Virus record (IMG/VR): IMGVR_UViG_3300046003_007336
Location: 96,001-160,000 of that record
DNA from: a virus
Direction: 5' to 3' (one strand)
DNA length: 64,000 nucleotides
The position numbers were made by a program, and so were the translations under genes. Below, one piece after another: positions 20,701-28,941 of this stretch. The number at the start of each line of letters is the position of its first letter. The first letter of the stretch is position 1. The notes under the pieces are model-generated. The model ran no database searches and was not told where the DNA came from. It was given only the letters and a program-made list of their open reading frames with translations.

Positions 20701-22469
20701 GCCGGGTTGTCCAACTGAGTGGCCCGGATGATCGACGCAGTTTCGGCCGAGTAGAAAATCACCGTCACGGCGTTCGGTGCCGTGTTGATCACCGGGGCAA
20801 CGGTGAAGACCCAGTTGGCTCCGAAGGTCAGAGCGCGACCACCAGTGACATCCTGCTTGTAGATCACGACACCCGAACGTCCGGTGATGACGTTGGTCGG
20901 GTTGGCGAGAAGACGGGTGTTGCCGATTCCCGAGGTAGCGGTCAGAATCCAGTTGACGCCAGACTGCATGTCGATGGTGACGGTGGCGCCATCGGTGAGG
21001 GTGACTGGCTGATCTTGGGCCGCCAGACCAGAGGGCGAAACCACCGTGGTGGTGCTGGAGCCAGCGCGGACGACAGAGTTGGCAGCCACCGGGAGTTGGG
21101 CGATTGGAACGAGACCAGACGCCAGAGAGGCGTAGCCGTTGGTCGCTCCCTTGTTTGCTGCGTTCTCGGGCGTGAACCCCAGCGCGGCTGTGATATCACC
21201 GTTGACGAAGTTGAGCGCGGTCTTGAGGCCCGAATCCGTGATGACGCCGGTCAGTCCAGCGACGCTGATCACGGCGTCGGTGTTGTCAATCTTGTTCCAG
21301 GTTGTGCCGTTGCTGATCAGCCAATCACCGCTCAGCCAATCGGTGATTCCACTGATCGAGGTGGAGCCGCCCGTGGCGACGATGTAGTATTCGCCCTTGT
21401 TGGTCGAGGACGCAGCCGGAATGGTCGGAGTATTGGTATTCGCGTTCCAGGTCCCCATGTATCGCAGGGCACCGAGGACGACGTCCGGGAGATAGGTGGT
21501 GGCGATCTTGGAGTCGGCGCCGAGTGGGGCGTAGCCGTTGGCTTGACCCTTCTCGGAGATGGGTTGGGCATCGGTAATTCCGTAGCCGACCAGCGTCGTG
21601 GGCTTTGATGTAATCGAGTTCCACGCGGGGGTGATGGTTGCCGACCCAGCCGAGGTGATCAATCCCTTGGCGTTGACGGTGAAGATCGGAGCGGCAGTGG
21701 CGGAGCCAAAGGAACCCACGTTGGTGTTCACCGTCGTGAGCGTGAGAGTGGCGGAACCAGTTGAAGAAGAGATGTCGCCAGTCAGGGCAGGCAGGCGAGC
21801 AGCCGCCAGCGTTCCGGTCAGGTTTGCGGCACTGAGATAGTAGGCTGCACTCTGCCCATCCAGGAGATCAGCATCGAGACCAGAGCCCGTACCGTCTACG
21901 GTGAGGAGCTTGGACAGAACATCCGCCGCAGTATAGGACGAGGCCGTGACTGCATCCGTGATGCCATAGCCGGAAAGCGTCGTGGGCGTGCTCGTAATAG
22001 AAGACCACGCGGGGGTGATGGTTACCGAACCAGCGGCGGTGATCAACCCTTTGGCGTTAACGGTGAAGGTCGGCGCGGCAGTGGCGGAACCAAACGAACC
22101 CACATTGGAGTTCACCGTCGCGAGCGTGGTTGACGCTGAACCAACGGTAGTCGTGATGTCTCCGATCAAGGCCGGAAGACGTCCTGCCGCCAGGGTTCCG
22201 ACTAGGTTACCGGCATTGAGGAAGTAGGTGCTGTCCAGTCCATCCAAGAGTGTAGCATCAGCAGCCGTCCCCGTTTCACCGAGGCCGCCGCCGTAGGGCG
22301 CACCCCACCCGGTATCGACGTGCTTGGGTCCGTAGAACTCACCGTTAGTTTTGTTGACGTATATTTCGCCGGGGAAACCCAGGCCGGAAGAGGGCGCCCC
22401 AGTGCCGACACGTATGCCATACGACACGCCGTTCTTGGTAAGTCCTGAAAGATGTGGAATCGCGCTCAT
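17793..22469 (-). CDS. Second repetitive tail fibre / virion fibre protein (~1558 aa)
   Basis: Six ~85-aa repeats, two SEKGQANGYAPLG modules, DADLLDG linkers; TAAATA at 22489-22494 favours ATG 22469. Confidence 0.85.
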   Translation of the reverse strand: MSAIPHLSGLTKNGVSYGIRVGTGAPSSGLGFPGEIYVNKTNGEFYGPKHVDTGWGAPYGGGLGETGTAADATLLDGLDSTYFLNAGNLVGTLAAGRLPALIGDITTTVGSASTTLATVNSNVGSFGSATAAPTFTVNAKGLITAAGSVTITPAWSSITSTPTTLSGYGITDAVTASSYTAADVLSKLLTVDGTGSGLDADLLDGQSAAYYLSAANLTGTLAAARLPALTGDISSSTGSATLTLTTVNTNVGSFGSATAAPIFTVNAKGLITSAGSATITPAWNSITSKPTTLVGYGITDAQPISEKGQANGYAPLGADSKIATTYLPDVVLGALRYMGTWNANTNTPTIPAASSTNKGEYYIVATGGSTSISGITDWLSGDWLISNGTTWNKIDNTDAVISVAGLTGVITDSGLKTALNFVNGDITAALGFTPENAANKGATNGYASLASGLVPIAQLPVAANSVVRAGSSTTTVVSPSGLAAQDQPVTLTDGATVTIDMQSGVNWILTATSGIGNTRLLANPTNVITGRSGVVIYKQDVTGGRALTFGANWVFTVAPVINTAPNAVTVIFYSAETASIIRATQLDNPAFNDAGNLTGNLAAARLPALTGDITTSAGSAATTLATVNSNVGSFGSATAAPTFTVNAKGLITAAGTVTITPAWSSITSKPTTLSGYGITDSAGLGVANIFTEIQTITGVVPGIKFIENDQTAPIGGWTINLNSGSFYIRHNTANPVTFATQSIVMDISNAEIVNFANTPTVGGAGLWHANNDGPGSGLNADLLDNQNGTYYLDLTNVTGTLAAARLPALTGDITTTVGTVATTLATVNANTGSFGSATAASTFTVNAKGLITAAGSVTITPAWSSITSKPTTLSGYGITDAVSVSTYTAADVLAKLITVDGATSGLDADLLDGQDGPYYLAAANLTGTVAAARMPAFSGDASTVAGATAITLATVNSNVGSFGSATQTATFTVNAKGLITAASATTITPAWSSITSKPTTLTGYGITDALPLSGGTLTDALTISTSGRAVLNLTAPAGQHRAIEWQTSGTRRWNMTVDAGAESGSSAGSTFNLLAYNDAGTQTFNTMSISRATGQVTFAVVPFVGVNTMWHAGNDGTGSTLDADLLDGQHGAYYLDLTNATGTLSTARLPALSGDITTSAGSGATTLATVNSNVGSFGSATAAPTFTVNAKGQITAAGTVTITPSFASITGKPTTLAGYNISDAQLSSEKGQANGYAPLGGDAKISTAYLPDTVLGAMRYQGTWNATTDSPTIPAAATGNKGNYYVVSTAGSTAKDGITDWKIGDWIVSNGTVWEKIDNTDQVVSVAGLQGAISAGSLKTALSIGISDVSSLTTELGLRIQTINGLAPDGAGNVDVGLGTPFTKTFTADGIVSVFDLDATGTTADLIIVTVNGIVQRPTTDYTVSGENLTMVTTPLNGDVVSARLLGNYALIEDVLLSSFHSGKPTTSQVVDGQIAPYTFTFSAANSSARSLVAATASTVFVIKKNNSQVGTITFSAAGTTGTVAYSSTSVAAGDLITIHAPVSVDSTLADIAFLLRD

Positions 22470-22520
22470 GGGGCCCCTTGCTATGGGGTATTTATTCAAA
22501 GCCCGGATATGCTTTTTTAC

Positions 22521-22548
22521 TTGACAAGATTTCCAGAAGAGCTACTTT
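22521..22548 (+). promoter_or_regulatory. Host sigma70-type early promoter
   Basis: TTGACA-N14-GCTACTTT upstream of AGGAG SD. Confidence 0.75.
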
Positions 22549-22572
22549 GCAGTTCAGGAACAGGAGACGACG

Positions 22573-23994
22573 ATGCTTTCGCAGATGACCACCCCGACCA
22601 TCGAAAACGAAATCGCCACGGGCGACCGCACGATCTTCAACATCCCGGAAGCCAACCTGCCCCGCTTCGAGAAGGAAATCGCCTCGCTGAGCAAGCGGTC
22701 GGTTCGCCTGACCGGCTCGCCGATCAAGCCCCACGTTTTCGGTTTCAACATGGTCGAGCGCGCCGATGGCACCGCCACCAAGGTCTATGAAGTCTACCTG
22801 ATGGCCGATGCGCCGAAGGTCTCGGGCTTCACCTTCGTGGCCCGCATCGACCACACCAATGAGACCGGCAACATCATCCGTTCGGTTCCCAACACGGGCG
22901 CCATGGTCCCGGACTACTACCGCACCGCCCAGCCGAACTGCGATCATTGCGGCCACAAGCGGATGCGCCGCGACACCTTCCTGGTTCGCGAAGACGCGAC
23001 CGGTGAGTTCAAGCAAATCGGCTCCACCTGCCTGACCGATTTCTTCGAAGGCCAGGACCCGGCCAAGATCGCCCGTCTGGCCGAGTACCTCGGCTATGCC
23101 CGCGAAATCGGCGACGCCCTCGAAGGCAACGGCGAAGCCTCGCTGAACGACCGCCGCTGGATTTCCCTTGAGGCGTTCCTCCAGAATGCTGCCGCCATGG
23201 TTCGCGTCCTCGGCTGGGTGTCGGGCAAGGCCGCCTATAACGACCCGAGCCTGACTGCGACCAAGATCAGCACCATGCAGAACATGTTCACCACCGGCTA
23301 CCGCGAGCCCATCACGGCGGCCGATGAAGCCACCGCCGAGGCCGCTCTGGCTTGGGCCCGTTCGCTGGGCGAGAAGGCCGACCCGAGCGAGTTCGAACAC
23401 AACGTCGCCGTCGTCGCCAACGCGACCTATATGGAAGCCCGGTCGGAAGGCATCGCCGCCGCCATCGTGGGCTGCTACCTGCGTGAGCAGCAGAAGTCCC
23501 GCACGGCCAAGGGCCCGATTCAGGTCGGCAGCCTCGAAGGTCTGGTCGCCCTGTTCGACCGTGCCGCCGCCTCGAAGGTGAAGGGCCCCGGCATCACCCA
23601 ACGGAAGGTGAAGATTCGCCTGCAACTGCCGGACAAGAAGCGCATCGTGCTCGACATGGCTGGCCCGACCGCCAAGGCCCCCGGCACCCTGAACGTCACG
23701 GACGGTCGCCCCTTCGGCGAAAACATCTGGTATGGCCGCGTGACCCGCGACGGCGCCTTCTCGGCCTCCCCCCGTGCGGCCGACGCCGATGTGGTTTCGA
23801 TCACCGTCCTGCTGGCCGCGATGGCTGCTGACCCGGCCGCCACCGCCGCCGCCTACGGTCACGCCACGGGCAACTGCTGCTTCTGCTCCATCGCCCTGAC
23901 CGACAAGCGGTCGGTGGACGTCGGCTACGGCCCCCACTGCGCCGACCGCATGGGTCTGCCGTGGGGAAACAAGCGCATCGCGGAGAGCGTCTGA
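22573..23994 (+). CDS. Early protein with zinc-binding motifs; C-terminal DUF6011-like finger
   Basis: CDHC internally; AYGHATGNCCFCSIALTDKRSVDVGYGPHCA at C-terminus. Confidence 0.8.
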   Translation: MLSQMTTPTIENEIATGDRTIFNIPEANLPRFEKEIASLSKRSVRLTGSPIKPHVFGFNMVERADGTATKVYEVYLMADAPKVSGFTFVARIDHTNETGNIIRSVPNTGAMVPDYYRTAQPNCDHCGHKRMRRDTFLVREDATGEFKQIGSTCLTDFFEGQDPAKIARLAEYLGYAREIGDALEGNGEASLNDRRWISLEAFLQNAAAMVRVLGWVSGKAAYNDPSLTATKISTMQNMFTTGYREPITAADEATAEAALAWARSLGEKADPSEFEHNVAVVANATYMEARSEGIAAAIVGCYLREQQKSRTAKGPIQVGSLEGLVALFDRAAASKVKGPGITQRKVKIRLQLPDKKRIVLDMAGPTAKAPGTLNVTDGRPFGENIWYGRVTRDGAFSASPRAADADVVSITVLLAAMAADPAATAAAYGHATGNCCFCSIALTDKRSVDVGYGPHCADRMGLPWGNKRIAESV

Positions 23995-24353
23995 TGGATT
24001 CGGTTTACTTCAACACGGACGGCGTCGTCCTGACCCGCAAGCCGGTGGACACACTCGACTTCCGCCAGGGCTCGTGGGGGCACGTTCTGCATTCCTCGAC
24101 CTTCCGTGAAGTCGAAGGCCCCAAGAACCTGATCGGCCGTCTGAGCGACCGGGTCCGCAAGGTGCGTCGGTACAGCTTCATCGTCCACAGCGGCCATCAT
24201 CCCCGAGCGGGCCAGCGCGTAATCTGGAAGAGCGCGGCGGGCGACATCGAAGGCGTTCTGTATGATTTCGAATGCTTCGCCAATCCGCGCGACCAGTTCA
24301 AACTGTTCGTCGAGGTGACTGGGCCTCTGCCGACCCTCGCCGTCGTCTCCTGA
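23994..24353 (+). CDS. Hypothetical protein
   Basis: TGATG overlap with upstream gene. Confidence 0.75.
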   Translation: MDSVYFNTDGVVLTRKPVDTLDFRQGSWGHVLHSSTFREVEGPKNLIGRLSDRVRKVRRYSFIVHSGHHPRAGQRVIWKSAAGDIEGVLYDFECFANPRDQFKLFVEVTGPLPTLAVVS

Positions 24354-24396
24354 TTTTTTCGTAGACGATTTCGTCCAATTACTCTAGGGTCATCTG

Positions 24397-25170
24397 ATGC
24401 GTATCATCACCCCCGCTCCGCATTTCCGTGACTACTACGACGGCGGCATGGCCTACGGCCAGGACACGTCGGCCACGTATGTCCGTGCTCAGCGGTTCGA
24501 GATCGCCGATTTCCGCGTGCAGGGTGAGCACGAAGCTCTCGTGAAGCACGTCCATCACGACGCCGCCGCCTACGTGAAGCAAGAGCATCGACGTGATCGC
24601 GCCACCACGTCGTGGTGGCAAAGCGGCGGCAGCGAGCGGGCCCAGCAGGGCATGCTGTTCTTCTGTGGACGCGCGTACCCGTTCTTGCAGGCGACCCGCT
24701 GGGTGTCGAAGAAAACCGCGACCGGATACGTGTCGCAAGACCCGGTCTACATGACTTCCTTCGACCAGAAGGGGTTCGACCCCTACTGCGACAACGAGAA
24801 CTCCATGCGGGCCCCGCCTTTCCGTCAGTGGCTGGATGAGAACCAGTCCAAAGCTGACGCGACGATCAACCTGCATTTCAATTCCCCCATCGTCGCCTAC
24901 TGCCTGCACGACGTCGGCTCCTCCAGCATCTCGCCGGACAGGAAGTCCTGCTTCGTCGTGAACCCCAGCTTGCAAGGGCTGGGCTTCCAGCACGTCATCG
25001 ACCCCTTCACGGCGTTCCAGGATATCTCGATGTTCGTCACGGGCGTCTTGGGCCAGAACCTCGACCCGCCCGCCGCCATGTCGGACAAGGAGAAGATCGG
25101 TTCGCACGGCCTGCACCCCACGCACGCCTTCCGCACGGTCTCGCCGGGCAAGAAGAAGAAAAAGAACTGA
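24397..25170 (+). CDS. Hypothetical protein
   Basis: Codon bias; operon context. Confidence 0.8.
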   Translation: MRIITPAPHFRDYYDGGMAYGQDTSATYVRAQRFEIADFRVQGEHEALVKHVHHDAAAYVKQEHRRDRATTSWWQSGGSERAQQGMLFFCGRAYPFLQATRWVSKKTATGYVSQDPVYMTSFDQKGFDPYCDNENSMRAPPFRQWLDENQSKADATINLHFNSPIVAYCLHDVGSSSISPDRKSCFVVNPSLQGLGFQHVIDPFTAFQDISMFVTGVLGQNLDPPAAMSDKEKIGSHGLHPTHAFRTVSPGKKKKKN

Positions 25171-25655
25171 TGGCCTTCGAATCCTTTACCGTGGGCATCG
25201 ATCACCGCATGAACGACGAACAGAAAAAAAAGAGCCAGCCATACAAGAACGGCTTTGCTTCCGGGAAGCGGTTGAGCGTGCACACCGTGGGTGCTCCGAT
25301 AGAGTTCGACGTTGGCTTCAACGACGGACGCCATGAGGCTGTACGGGACTGCGGCTATTCCATCGAATGTCTCAACCATCCGGCGCCGAGGTTCTCCACG
25401 CTGCTCCTGTGTGCGTTCAACGGCACCCGCATCGAATCCGTGCCCCCGGCGTGGTTCTTTCATCCCAACCCCTCGGTGGGTCTGGCGTGGTTGCGGGTCA
25501 AAGGCGCCATCGACGCCGCCTATCCGGCAATCGCGTCGTGGCAGGATGTCTACATGGCCTACGTGCCCCGCCATGGTCGCCCCGAGGGCGCGCAGGAGAG
25601 CACCATCAAGGCGTGGACACGGGTGGCCGAAGCCGGTCACGCGCTTCTGTCGTGA
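25170..25655 (+). CDS. Hypothetical protein
   Basis: TGATG overlap. Confidence 0.7.
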   Translation: MAFESFTVGIDHRMNDEQKKKSQPYKNGFASGKRLSVHTVGAPIEFDVGFNDGRHEAVRDCGYSIECLNHPAPRFSTLLLCAFNGTRIESVPPAWFFHPNPSVGLAWLRVKGAIDAAYPAIASWQDVYMAYVPRHGRPEGAQESTIKAWTRVAEAGHALLS

Positions 25656-26023
25656 CCAAGCATCTCGGCGAACGGGCCTCGTTCTTCACCAACCTGGAAG
25701 GTATCGGTTTCGTTGGGTTCGAGAGAATCAGCACCGTTGAACTCATGGAAACGGACGCCGCCGACATAGAGACCATCCTGAGGGATTACGGTCTCGTCCA
25801 CATCTCGTCATGGCCTCGCGTCAATTGGGAGCAGTTCCGGGATGTCTTGGATGCCATGATCGACGAGGGCTGGCATGTCGGCAAGTTCACCTATGCGTTC
25901 GTCTGGGACACCCGCGTGGACCCCAGCCATGGCGGCGTCCCCACGACCCTATGGGCGTTCGAGAACCTATCGACTGCCACGAGAATGTCTTTGAATTTTG
26001 ACTCCAGGACGGTAGCTCAGTAG
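25652..26023 (+). CDS. Hypothetical protein (weak F-x4-D family member)
   Basis: GTGA overlap; ends FENLSTATRMSLNF. Confidence 0.65.
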   Translation: MTKHLGERASFFTNLEGIGFVGFERISTVELMETDAADIETILRDYGLVHISSWPRVNWEQFRDVLDAMIDEGWHVGKFTYAFVWDTRVDPSHGGVPTTLWAFENLSTATRMSLNFDSRTVAQ

Positions 26024-26052
26024 TATCGGGTTTCCCTTTACTCAGTGAGTTC

Positions 26053-26400
26053 ATGTCAATCAAGATCACAGAGGCCTTCGTGCCTCACCCGGACAAAGTC
26101 TTCGTCACCGATATTGAATCCGGTCCTCTGAAAACCCAGAGCGGCCTCATCATCCCCGACGACAACATGCAGAACCGTGGCATCCGCCCGCGTTGGGCCC
26201 AGGTCTACGCCATCGGCGCAAACATCACCGACGTCGCGGTCGGGGAATGGATTTTCCTCGAACACGGGCGATGGGGGTTCGGTATCGACCTCGAACTCCC
26301 GACCGGAGACGTCGTCCGCGTCTGGCACGCAGACTTCCCCAACGGTTCCATGATGGCTTCGACCGAGGACCCGCGCGCGAACCAAAAAACCGTTCTGTGA
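26053..26400 (+). CDS. groES: GroES-like co-chaperonin
   Basis: PHPDKVFV...KTQSGLIIPD...AQVYAIG...VAVGEWI Cpn10 pattern. Confidence 0.85.
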   Translation: MSIKITEAFVPHPDKVFVTDIESGPLKTQSGLIIPDDNMQNRGIRPRWAQVYAIGANITDVAVGEWIFLEHGRWGFGIDLELPTGDVVRVWHADFPNGSMMASTEDPRANQKTVL

Positions 26401-26459
26401 TTTCGACAGACGGATTTGGTTTTGCTATACGGGATGGATACTTTGAGGATATTGGGTAG

Positions 26460-27392
26460 ATGAGCTTGAAACTATGGGTGGACGAATACCGCCCACAGAC
26501 GCTGGACCAGTATGTCTGGCGCGACCCCGAGCAGCGGGCTCAGGTCGAGAAGTGGCTTTCGGATGGGGCTCTTCCCCACCTCCTCCTTTCGGGCGTGCAG
26601 GGGACAGGGAAGACCTCCCTCATCCTTCTGATGCTCCGGCTGCTCGGAATCCCAGACGCCGATATTCTGATGATCAACGCCAGCCGTGACCGGCTCGTGG
26701 ACGACATTCAGGAGAAGATCGTCAATTTCGTCTCGACGTGGGCCTTCAACGACAGCGGCATCAAGTACGTCATCCTCGACGAGGCCGACAAGCTCTCGCC
26801 GATGGCGCAGGGCCTGCTCCGGGGTGAGATCGAACGCTTCTCGGACGTGTGTCGATTCGCCCTCACCTGCAATGCGGTCAACAAGATCACCGACCCGATC
26901 AAGTCTCGCTGCCAGGGCTTCCACTTTCTCACGCTGGACCGCGATGATTTCACGGCCCGCGCCGGAGAAATTCTCGTCAAGGAAGGCATCGAGTTTGATG
27001 TCGAGACTCTGGTCTCGCATGTCGATGCCACCTACCCGGATATGCGGAAGTGCATCGGGATGCTGCAACAGCACAGCACGACCGGCACCCTCATCGCGTT
27101 CGCGGTCGCGGACATGGAGGGGGCGCAGGATTACCTCATCGACGTCATCGCCATGATTATGGGCGGCGATCTTCTTGGCGCCCGCAAACGTCTGGTCGCG
27201 GAGGCTCCACCGGAGGACTACCCAGACATCTACCGCTATTTCTATCGCAACCTCGAAATCTGGTCCGATACTCGTCAGGGTCAGGATGAAGCCATCCTGA
27301 TCATCCGCCGCGCTCTGGTCAACCACCCGAACGTTGCCGACATCGAGATCAATCTTGCGGCCTGCATGGTCGAGCTTTCGAGGCTGCGTTGA
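26460..27392 (+). CDS. gp44: Sliding-clamp loader AAA+ subunit (RFC / T4 gp44-like)
   Basis: LWVDEYRPQTLD, Walker A GVQGTGKTS, Walker B ILDEAD, SRC motif. Confidence 0.92.
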   Translation: MSLKLWVDEYRPQTLDQYVWRDPEQRAQVEKWLSDGALPHLLLSGVQGTGKTSLILLMLRLLGIPDADILMINASRDRLVDDIQEKIVNFVSTWAFNDSGIKYVILDEADKLSPMAQGLLRGEIERFSDVCRFALTCNAVNKITDPIKSRCQGFHFLTLDRDDFTARAGEILVKEGIEFDVETLVSHVDATYPDMRKCIGMLQQHSTTGTLIAFAVADMEGAQDYLIDVIAMIMGGDLLGARKRLVAEAPPEDYPDIYRYFYRNLEIWSDTRQGQDEAILIIRRALVNHPNVADIEINLAACMVELSRLR

Positions 27393-27604
27393 AATCAGTA
27401 GTCGAAAACACCAACCACATCACTGCCGTGCGGAAGGCCACTCGGGTGTTCTATATCAACACCGGAAACATGCCTTCGGCTAAAGCCCGCGCTCATCTTG
27501 AGCAAGTCAAACAAGACATCATGGCTACTGCTGATACTGTATTCCACGAAAACTTCTTTATAGCAACGGGCGACGAATCCAGTGTAGAAGTATTCTACCC
27601 CTGA
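27389..27604 (+). CDS. Stand-alone portal clip-domain-like mini-protein A
   Basis: RVFYINTGNMPSAKARAHLEQVKQDI vs the portal in this window RVFYIDVGNMPPVKARAHIEQVKNEI (19/26 identical); TTGA overlap with clamp loader stop. Confidence 0.8.
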   Translation: MKSVVENTNHITAVRKATRVFYINTGNMPSAKARAHLEQVKQDIMATADTVFHENFFIATGDESSVEVFYP

Positions 27605-27612
27605 GGAACAAC

Positions 27613-27828
27613 ATGCTTAGCGACTACTCCCCAAATGGAATGTTCGTCCAGCCGCCGAAGAGAACTCGCATCTTCTACGTCGGCATCGGCGAAAACAACT
27701 CAACCACGTCGGCAAGAGCGAAGAAGCTCGTTGAGGAGTTCAAGCGGGAAACAAATCCCGACAGCACTCACTACGAGAACATCTTCCTCGCGTCGCCGAA
27801 CAACCACCACCACGTCCATATTTTTTAA
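27613..27828 (+). CDS. Portal clip-domain-like mini-protein B (diverged paralogue)
   Basis: GAGGA SD; RTRIFYVGIG...ARAKKLVEEFKRE...HYENIFLA parallels mini-protein A. Confidence 0.7.
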   Translation: MLSDYSPNGMFVQPPKRTRIFYVGIGENNSTTSARAKKLVEEFKRETNPDSTHYENIFLASPNNHHHVHIF

Positions 27829-27836
27829 GGATATTC

Positions 27837-28253
27837 ATGACTGCCGAAACGAAGAAGACTTTCGGGGACCGCTACCTGCGCAACCGTCCCTTCCTGGTCA
27901 TCTCGACCATCGCCCGCCCCGCCAAGGGCATCCGCACCTACAAGCAGGGCTGGGCTGACACCTCATCCAACTGGGCCACGTTCGAACAGCCGCAGATCGT
28001 TGATCGGGTCTCGAACAAACACCTCACCGAAGCCAGCGTCATCATCGACATCCTGAATCGCGCAGTGGTCAAGAACCGCCACAGCGACGGGAACGACGAC
28101 AAGCTGGCCGTCGAGCACTTCCTGACCAAATACACCGAACTCGTCACCGAGGGTCTGGTCCAGTTCGCGCGCAACTCCGGCCTCGTCAACGAAGCCACCG
28201 TGGCCGCCGCCGCTGCTGAAGCGGATGCGGAGGAAGCTGCGGCTGCCGAGTGA
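27837..28253 (+). CDS. Hypothetical protein
   Basis: AAGGA SD; codon bias. Confidence 0.85.
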   Translation: MTAETKKTFGDRYLRNRPFLVISTIARPAKGIRTYKQGWADTSSNWATFEQPQIVDRVSNKHLTEASVIIDILNRAVVKNRHSDGNDDKLAVEHFLTKYTELVTEGLVQFARNSGLVNEATVAAAAAEADAEEAAAAE

Positions 28254-28825
28254 CCAACAAGATCATCCTCACGGACGTCGATGAGACCATTCTGAATTTC
28301 ACCGGCCCCTTCGAGGCATGGCTTGCAGAGCAGGGCTACACCGTCAACGGAACCCTGCGGGACACCTACGGCATCCACCACCTGATCGGCATCCACGACC
28401 TCGACGAGATCACCAGGATTGTGGGCGAGTTCCACGATGCAGGAGAGACCTTCGCAGCCTTGGAGCCGGAACCACACGCTCTTGAAGCCATGACGGAACT
28501 CTATCTGGACGGCTTCAGGTTCGTCGCCATCACGGCGGTTGACGATACGCCCAACATCAAGGCGAGGCGTATCGAAAACCTCAACCGGGCGTTCGGGTTC
28601 GACTTCGAAGATTGTATCTGTGTCGGTCAGATGCAGCCCAAGACGGAGGCGTTGAAGAAATTCTCGCCGACCGTCTGGGTCGAGGACAACCCCCACCACG
28701 CCTACGAGGGCAGCCGGTTGGGTCACCGCACATTCCTGATCAACCACGCCTTCAACGAATATTTCAAAGATGATCTCGTCACGCGGGTCCAGGACTGGCG
28801 CGAGATCAGAAAGGCTATCCTGTGA
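28250..28825 (+). CDS. HAD-superfamily 5'(3')-nucleotidase-like phosphatase
   Basis: Motif I IILTDVDETIL; motif IV VWVEDNP. Confidence 0.8.
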   Translation: MTNKIILTDVDETILNFTGPFEAWLAEQGYTVNGTLRDTYGIHHLIGIHDLDEITRIVGEFHDAGETFAALEPEPHALEAMTELYLDGFRFVAITAVDDTPNIKARRIENLNRAFGFDFEDCICVGQMQPKTEALKKFSPTVWVEDNPHHAYEGSRLGHRTFLINHAFNEYFKDDLVTRVQDWREIRKAIL

Positions 28826-28941
28826 ACTTCATCGCTGAACATGGCGACATACTGATTGGCATCGGCGTCGGTGCCGCCGCCGCTCTGGTGGGCGGAGTCG
28901 TCTTCCTCCTGTGGCTTTTCAAGGACTTTCGAATCAGATGA
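28822..28941 (+). CDS. 39-aa single-pass membrane peptide (below ORF-track cut-off)
   Basis: GTGA and ATGA overlaps on both sides; MNFIAEHGDILIGIGVGAAAALVGGVVFLLWLFKDFRIR. Confidence 0.6.
   Translation: MNFIAEHGDILIGIGVGAAAALVGGVVFLLWLFKDFRIR

Noticed and set aside
10678-22469. Diversity-generating retroelement acting on the tail fibres
   Set aside because: No reverse transcriptase in the window; the repeats are in-frame coding modules and I saw no adenine-specific template/variable pair.
4085-24368. Shared 14-mer ttttttcgtagacg near 4085 and 24355
   Set aside because: Only two copies, one of them encoding a Lys-rich C-terminus; plausibly chance.
27389-27604. Interpretation of the portal-like mini-gene as an assembly chimera or split portal
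   Set aside because: The full portal is intact elsewhere, the nucleotide sequences are clearly diverged, and the mini-gene has its own coupled start, stop and paralogue.
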